Shown here: positions 60,302 to 64,000 of the stretch, piece after piece
Position numbering within the stretch: position 1 is the stretch's first letter
Layout: each line of letters begins with the position of its first letter
DNA from: Candidatus Kapaibacterium sp.
Lineage (GTDB): Bacteria; Bacteroidota; Ignavibacteria; Palsa-1295
Length of the DNA: 64,000 bases
Assembly: GCA_038322815.1 (NCBI GenBank)
Contig: JBBQGG010000002.1
Coordinates: 41,899-105,898 of the forward strand
Reading direction: 5' to 3'
The notes under the pieces: generated by a model
Seen by the model: the letters and a program-made list of their open reading frames with translations, nothing else
Database searches by the model: none
Told to the model about the DNA's origin: nothing
Program-made: the position numbers and the translations under genes

Positions 60302-60418
60302 CAGGAAAAACTTAAAAAAGTATATAGAAAAAGACAAAATCGACAGGCATAGGTGAAAGCCAGCAGAGCCGAAAAGTACAAAAGATGCAAAAAGAATCAA
60401 AACTAACTCTTAACAAAA

Positions 60419-61429
60419 ATGGACGACATCAAACTTGATTCCGATATAGAAACACAGTGGAAAGAACTTTCTAAATGTCTTCATGAAATCAAAGATACCG
60501 AGGAACGTATCGCTATTCTCATCAAAAGAATCGAGGTTGTCAATTTACAACGAAGTGATTGGATGGCCCAGAATCCCCGTAAGGCAGGTTCGTATGTTCT
60601 CTTTGGGAGCAAATTACTCCATGAAATATCTAACCAAATTGAAATACTAAAAAAGCAAGGAGACATTAAGAAGGCTGAGGAAGCCAAACAGCGATTACAC
60701 GACATTTTGACCCCACAAGAACCTGACATCATTTTTCTAAACGAAAAAGATAGGGTTTTCTTAAAGGAAAGGGGTGGGATAGAAAAGTTGGATGCAATAT
60801 GGAAAAATGTTTCGCAAGGAACAATAACTATTTCAGATACAGCAATAAAAGTGAGTTTACTTCGACAGTTAAATGAACTTTGGTATTATCCGAACATACA
60901 ACTACAAGAAGCAAAAAATACAGCGAAACGAATAGATCTATTAAGGAATCTCATTTCTGAGTCACAAAAGGTTATAGAATGTGAACCTGAGAACCACTTA
61001 CAAAAACTATTTATATTAGGAGCGAAATCAGGGGTAAAATATTATGAAGGCGTTTTAAATTCAGAAAGAAAAAAGATTATTTCTTCTTCACTCACATGCC
61101 CATATCCTCACGACTCAGAACAAATGGCTTCATACAAACGTGTAGCAAAGGTGTTCGAAAAACAATCATTTTGGTCCGGTTCTCTAACGGATTTCGTTTT
61201 TGCAATGAATGAACTTGCGGTGAAAGGTTTCTTAAAAGCAAACGATCTTGATGAAGCATTATCGGAAACATTTGCTCATAAACCAAAAGGAAAAAAAGAA
61301 GTCCAAAAACTTACTGCGAAGATCATCAACAACCGCCGTCGTAATATGAAGGGAGGTCGTTACACTGAATCAGAAGAAATTCATACTACTGTCGTTACAA
61401 TGTTAAAACAGATAAAACCGAAGGAATAA
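60419..61429 (+). CDS. hypothetical protein (helical; C-terminal ~110 aa paralogous to next gene; CPYPHDSEQ motif)
   Basis: ORF-track support, plus an internal paralogy alignment with the 61434 ORF. Confidence 0.5.
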   Translation: MDDIKLDSDIETQWKELSKCLHEIKDTEERIAILIKRIEVVNLQRSDWMAQNPRKAGSYVLFGSKLLHEISNQIEILKKQGDIKKAEEAKQRLHDILTPQEPDIIFLNEKDRVFLKERGGIEKLDAIWKNVSQGTITISDTAIKVSLLRQLNELWYYPNIQLQEAKNTAKRIDLLRNLISESQKVIECEPENHLQKLFILGAKSGVKYYEGVLNSERKKIISSSLTCPYPHDSEQMASYKRVAKVFEKQSFWSGSLTDFVFAMNELAVKGFLKANDLDEALSETFAHKPKGKKEVQKLTAKIINNRRRNMKGGRYTESEEIHTTVVTMLKQIKPKE

Positions 61430-61433
61430 CTTT

Positions 61434-62063
61434 ATGAATCAAACTGACGAACAAAAATATTATGAGGAAGAAATTGAGAAGCATTGTGATTTTCTTGCCG
61501 AACTACACTTTGGGAAGTGGATGGAACGAGACATTCAAGCAGCAAGGAACACCGCTGAGATTATCGCATTACTTGAGAGGGAGTTGAAAAAAGCTGAAGT
61601 AATCTTCTCGGACACGAAAGGCAAAGATAGCTATTACACTGAAAACTATTTACAGTTACTTCAGCAGAAGATTGGAATCTACCAACGAACGTTAGAAATG
61701 GAACGGCCAGGATTACAATCTTCTGCAGACTGCCAATATCCTCATAATTCTGAGCAGGAAAAAGCATACCACCGTGTAACTGAATTATTAAAGAGTCATC
61801 ACTACTGGGCTGGGTCTCTTTCAGACTTTGTTTATATGATTGATACCCTGGCTTTACACGGCTACTTAAGAGCTAATGAACTTGAGGAAGCGCTTGCCGA
61901 ATCCTTTTCACATAAACCACAAGGTAAAAAAAAAATTCAGAGGTTGACGGCTGATAAAATCAAAGATCGTCGTCGAAATATGAAAATTGGTCATAATACA
62001 GTATCCCCTGAAATAGTAAGAACAGTCGATAGAATCGTAAAAAAAATGAAATCAGAAAGGTAA
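61434..62063 (+). CDS. hypothetical protein, paralog of the preceding gene's C-terminal domain (CQYPHNSEQ motif)
   Basis: The C-terminal ~110 aa of the 60419 ORF align to the corresponding stretch of this ORF, roughly SSSLTCPYPHDSEQ...HKPKGKKEVQKLTAKIINNRRRNMK against SSADCQYPHNSEQ...HKPQGKKKIQRLTADKIKDRRRNMK. Confidence 0.5.
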   Translation: MNQTDEQKYYEEEIEKHCDFLAELHFGKWMERDIQAARNTAEIIALLERELKKAEVIFSDTKGKDSYYTENYLQLLQQKIGIYQRTLEMERPGLQSSADCQYPHNSEQEKAYHRVTELLKSHHYWAGSLSDFVYMIDTLALHGYLRANELEEALAESFSHKPQGKKKIQRLTADKIKDRRRNMKIGHNTVSPEIVRTVDRIVKKMKSER

Positions 62064-62159
62064 ATTGAATCTTCTACATTCTTAAAAAAATCGTTAAATT
62101 AATGCAATTTTTCCATAGAAAACTTTGCTTTATATAGGGTGCGATTTTAGGCACCTGTA

Positions 62160-62840
62160 ATGAAGAAAACAATAATACCCACACAGCTTTCGCAGTTACG
62201 AACTGCACCTTACAATCCTCGAGCGATTGAAGATACTGCCTTCGAAGGATTAAAGTATTCTATCGAAGAATACGGCGATCTTAGCGGCATCGTGTTCAAT
62301 GTCCGGACCAAACACTTAGTAGCCGGTCATCAGCGCGTGAAAGCGCTCCGTGAACAATATGGCAACATCTCTATTGCTGCCGGAAAAATGAAAGCCAAGA
62401 CCGGAGAGATATTTCCGGTCCGGTTTGTGGATTGGGATTTACCAAAAGAGAAACTTGCCAACCTTGCTGCCAATAGCCCAACGATTCAGGGAGTCTTCAC
62501 TTCTGATGTTCGTTCACTTCTTGACGAACTGAAACTTGAGCAAACAGAAGAGTTTGAAGCATTACAGTTAGAAGGTATTTATGCTCTCCCCCTTGACCTT
62601 ACAGAAGAATTTGAATACATTGGAGAAGCTGAGGACATTTCTTCAAATAACCGTGCAATGATACCCGACGGAGATCGTAGTGAAGGCTATTTGGCAGGTG
62701 AAACAAAGAAGTTTGAGTTCTACATTGAGAAAGCAGACTATGAAAGATTCATTGGGAAATTGAAGCAACTCAAGAACGACTTACAGGTTGAAACCAACTC
62801 CGATGTTTTTCTGAGACTTGTAATGAACTATGGAAACTAA
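62160..62840 (+). CDS. ParB-like nuclease (ParB/Srx fold) domain protein
   Basis: The segment LRTAPYNPR ... LVAGHQRVKAL parallels the ParB N-terminal motifs (GERRxRA box). Confidence 0.6.
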   Translation: MKKTIIPTQLSQLRTAPYNPRAIEDTAFEGLKYSIEEYGDLSGIVFNVRTKHLVAGHQRVKALREQYGNISIAAGKMKAKTGEIFPVRFVDWDLPKEKLANLAANSPTIQGVFTSDVRSLLDELKLEQTEEFEALQLEGIYALPLDLTEEFEYIGEAEDISSNNRAMIPDGDRSEGYLAGETKKFEFYIEKADYERFIGKLKQLKNDLQVETNSDVFLRLVMNYGN

Positions 62841-63655
62841 TGCAAGAACGGGAAATCATACGAGCAACTGTTAATGATAAGCTCTTCTTAAAGCGAACTC
62901 CTGACCGTTCAGATTATAAAGAGCTGATAACGAAGGATACCATTTTCTTTGAGAATGGAAAACCTGTTATCCTCTACAAGATTATCCCAAAAGCTCAACT
63001 CTCGAAAATCCGGCATTTAGTCTTTGACTCTAAATTCATTAAGGCTCACCGGACAAACGGAACACCAACTCAATCTGCTGTATTCGGTGCTCTCCCCCGA
63101 GTTACTCACCGACATAACTATTGCCGGTATACAGCAAACACAAAGAATCAAAAAGAATTGAATAATGATATTTTCTATTTTGCAAAGCTCATTGATGGCA
63201 TTTACAAAGACCTGCTACCAGAACAGCATGACCTGAATCTTCAAATTGTAGAGGAAAGCGTTGAAGCTGAATACATCATTAAGGATACTCCTTTTACTAC
63301 CGTTAATCTGAATATAAATCATGCAATCAAGTACCATCGTGATACAGGGAATTTCAAGAACGTATTCTCGAATGTACTGATACTGAAGGATGCCGTTGCG
63401 GGTGGCTTCCTTGTCTGCCCTGAATTTAATATAGCTTTTGGTCAGCAAGATGGAGCCTTAATCCTCTTCGATGGTCAGAACATCATTCATGGCGTTACAC
63501 CGATCAAAATGAAGCATGAAAATGCTTATCGGTGCTCTTGCGTCTTTTACTCACTTGCCGATATGAAGAATTGCTATCCTTACAAGATGGAGTTAGAACG
63601 AGTAAAGAAGTGGAGAGACGAAGTTGAAAGCAGATTCAGACCTGAAACACTATAA
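62840..63655 (+). CDS. 2OG-Fe(II) dioxygenase, TET/JBP-family-like (candidate nucleic-acid base hydroxylase)
   Basis: It has H166-R-D168, H217 and R231. The segment AVAGGFLVCPEF...GALILFDGQNIIHGVTPIKMKHENAYRCSCVFY parallels the TET2 stretch GGVAVAPTHGSILIE...ELHATTPLK...TRISLVFY. The HRD matches the TET-type AHAHRD. Confidence 0.55.
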   Translation: MQEREIIRATVNDKLFLKRTPDRSDYKELITKDTIFFENGKPVILYKIIPKAQLSKIRHLVFDSKFIKAHRTNGTPTQSAVFGALPRVTHRHNYCRYTANTKNQKELNNDIFYFAKLIDGIYKDLLPEQHDLNLQIVEESVEAEYIIKDTPFTTVNLNINHAIKYHRDTGNFKNVFSNVLILKDAVAGGFLVCPEFNIAFGQQDGALILFDGQNIIHGVTPIKMKHENAYRCSCVFYSLADMKNCYPYKMELERVKKWRDEVESRFRPETL

Positions 63656-64000
63656 TGGAAAAAAAATACTACATACCGAAGAGTAAGAATTTCAGTCCTA
63701 AGTTTCTGACACGTGTCGGTTCATCCGATATCAAGAGCGTCGATGAAACATGGATAAAGAAAAGCTACAACCGACCCAGTGCCGGTTTCATTGTAAAGCC
63801 AGGTGAGAAGTGGTTAGACCTTGGTGCCAATATCGGAGCCTTCACAATCTATGCTGCACTTCATGGAGCACAGGTCCGGGCTTATGAAGCTCAGGCGGAT
63901 AATATACAAATGATAAACGCGAACATCAAAGCGAATAAACTTGAGGATCAAATCGAAGTCTTAAAGTATGCGATTGTCCCCGATAGTTCACATGGCAAGA
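63655..64000 (+). CDS. FkbM-family SAM-dependent methyltransferase (3' end beyond window)
   Basis: Its ATG overlaps the previous stop (TAATG). The segment WLDLGANIGAFTIYAALHGAQVRAYE is typical of the FkbM family. Confidence 0.6.
   Translation, partial: MEKKYYIPKSKNFSPKFLTRVGSSDIKSVDETWIKKSYNRPSAGFIVKPGEKWLDLGANIGAFTIYAALHGAQVRAYEAQADNIQMINANIKANKLEDQIEVLKYAIVPDSSHGK

Noticed and set aside
60187-60390. 67-aa minus-strand ORF in the island leader
   Set aside because: It contains the perfect 15-bp inverted repeat and has no coding features. The region is more likely regulatory.
59733-60418. Integrase or att site at the tRNA-Lys boundary
   Set aside because: No integrase-sized ORF lies between the tRNA and the island genes, and the far end of the island is outside the window. 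Mobility is therefore inferred only from context.

Overview
This is a 64-kb chromosomal window from a Gram-negative bacterium of the Fibrobacteres-Chlorobi-Bacteroidetes (FCB) supergroup, Bacteroidota/Ignavibacteriota-like. At least five proteins carry type IX secretion (T9SS) C-terminal sorting domains and most genes have no Shine-Dalgarno sequence. Most of the window is core chromosome. It carries rarA, ftsK, comB, trmO, a YebC-family regulator, a MarR regulator followed by two tandem ClC channels, an aldo/keto reductase, an OsmC protein, an S1-domain protein, a fatty-acid desaturase next to a histidine-kinase/OmpR-family two-component pair, the C-terminal (B12-binding plus reactivation) half of methionine synthase, a TolC-adaptor-RND efflux operon, a VWA/BatA-like protein, a TrmH methyltransferase and a 1599-aa TamB-like protein. 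Several segments look accessory. One is a T9SS cargo cluster (6.8-14.2 kb). Another (22.8-25.7 kb) holds a VOC protein, an AAC(6')-like GNAT acetyltransferase, a toxin-antitoxin pair whose ParE-like toxin is decayed, and a UmuC-like polymerase with no UmuD partner and no canonical start codon. A third is a scar region with a relic gene fragment and a palindromic MITE-like repeat. The most interesting locus starts right after tRNA-Lys(CTT) at 59.7 kb. It is a compact operon that runs off the window end. It encodes two paralogous unknown proteins, a ParB-like nuclease-domain protein, a 271-aa protein whose HRD...H...R spacing and C-terminal segments closely parallel the TET/JBP dioxygenase core (TET2-like), and an FkbM-family methyltransferase. 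I interpret it as a tRNA-adjacent island encoding a candidate DNA base hypermodification or modification-dependent defence module with novel partner genes. Caveat: at least six genes show frameshifts or in-frame stops (Uma2, ParE, a three-fragment sensor kinase, three secreted proteins). Either the assembly carries indel errors or there is real pseudogenisation or phase variation; one frameshift sits in an A8 homopolymer. All calls are from manual reading of the sequence and the ORF track. No database searches were run.
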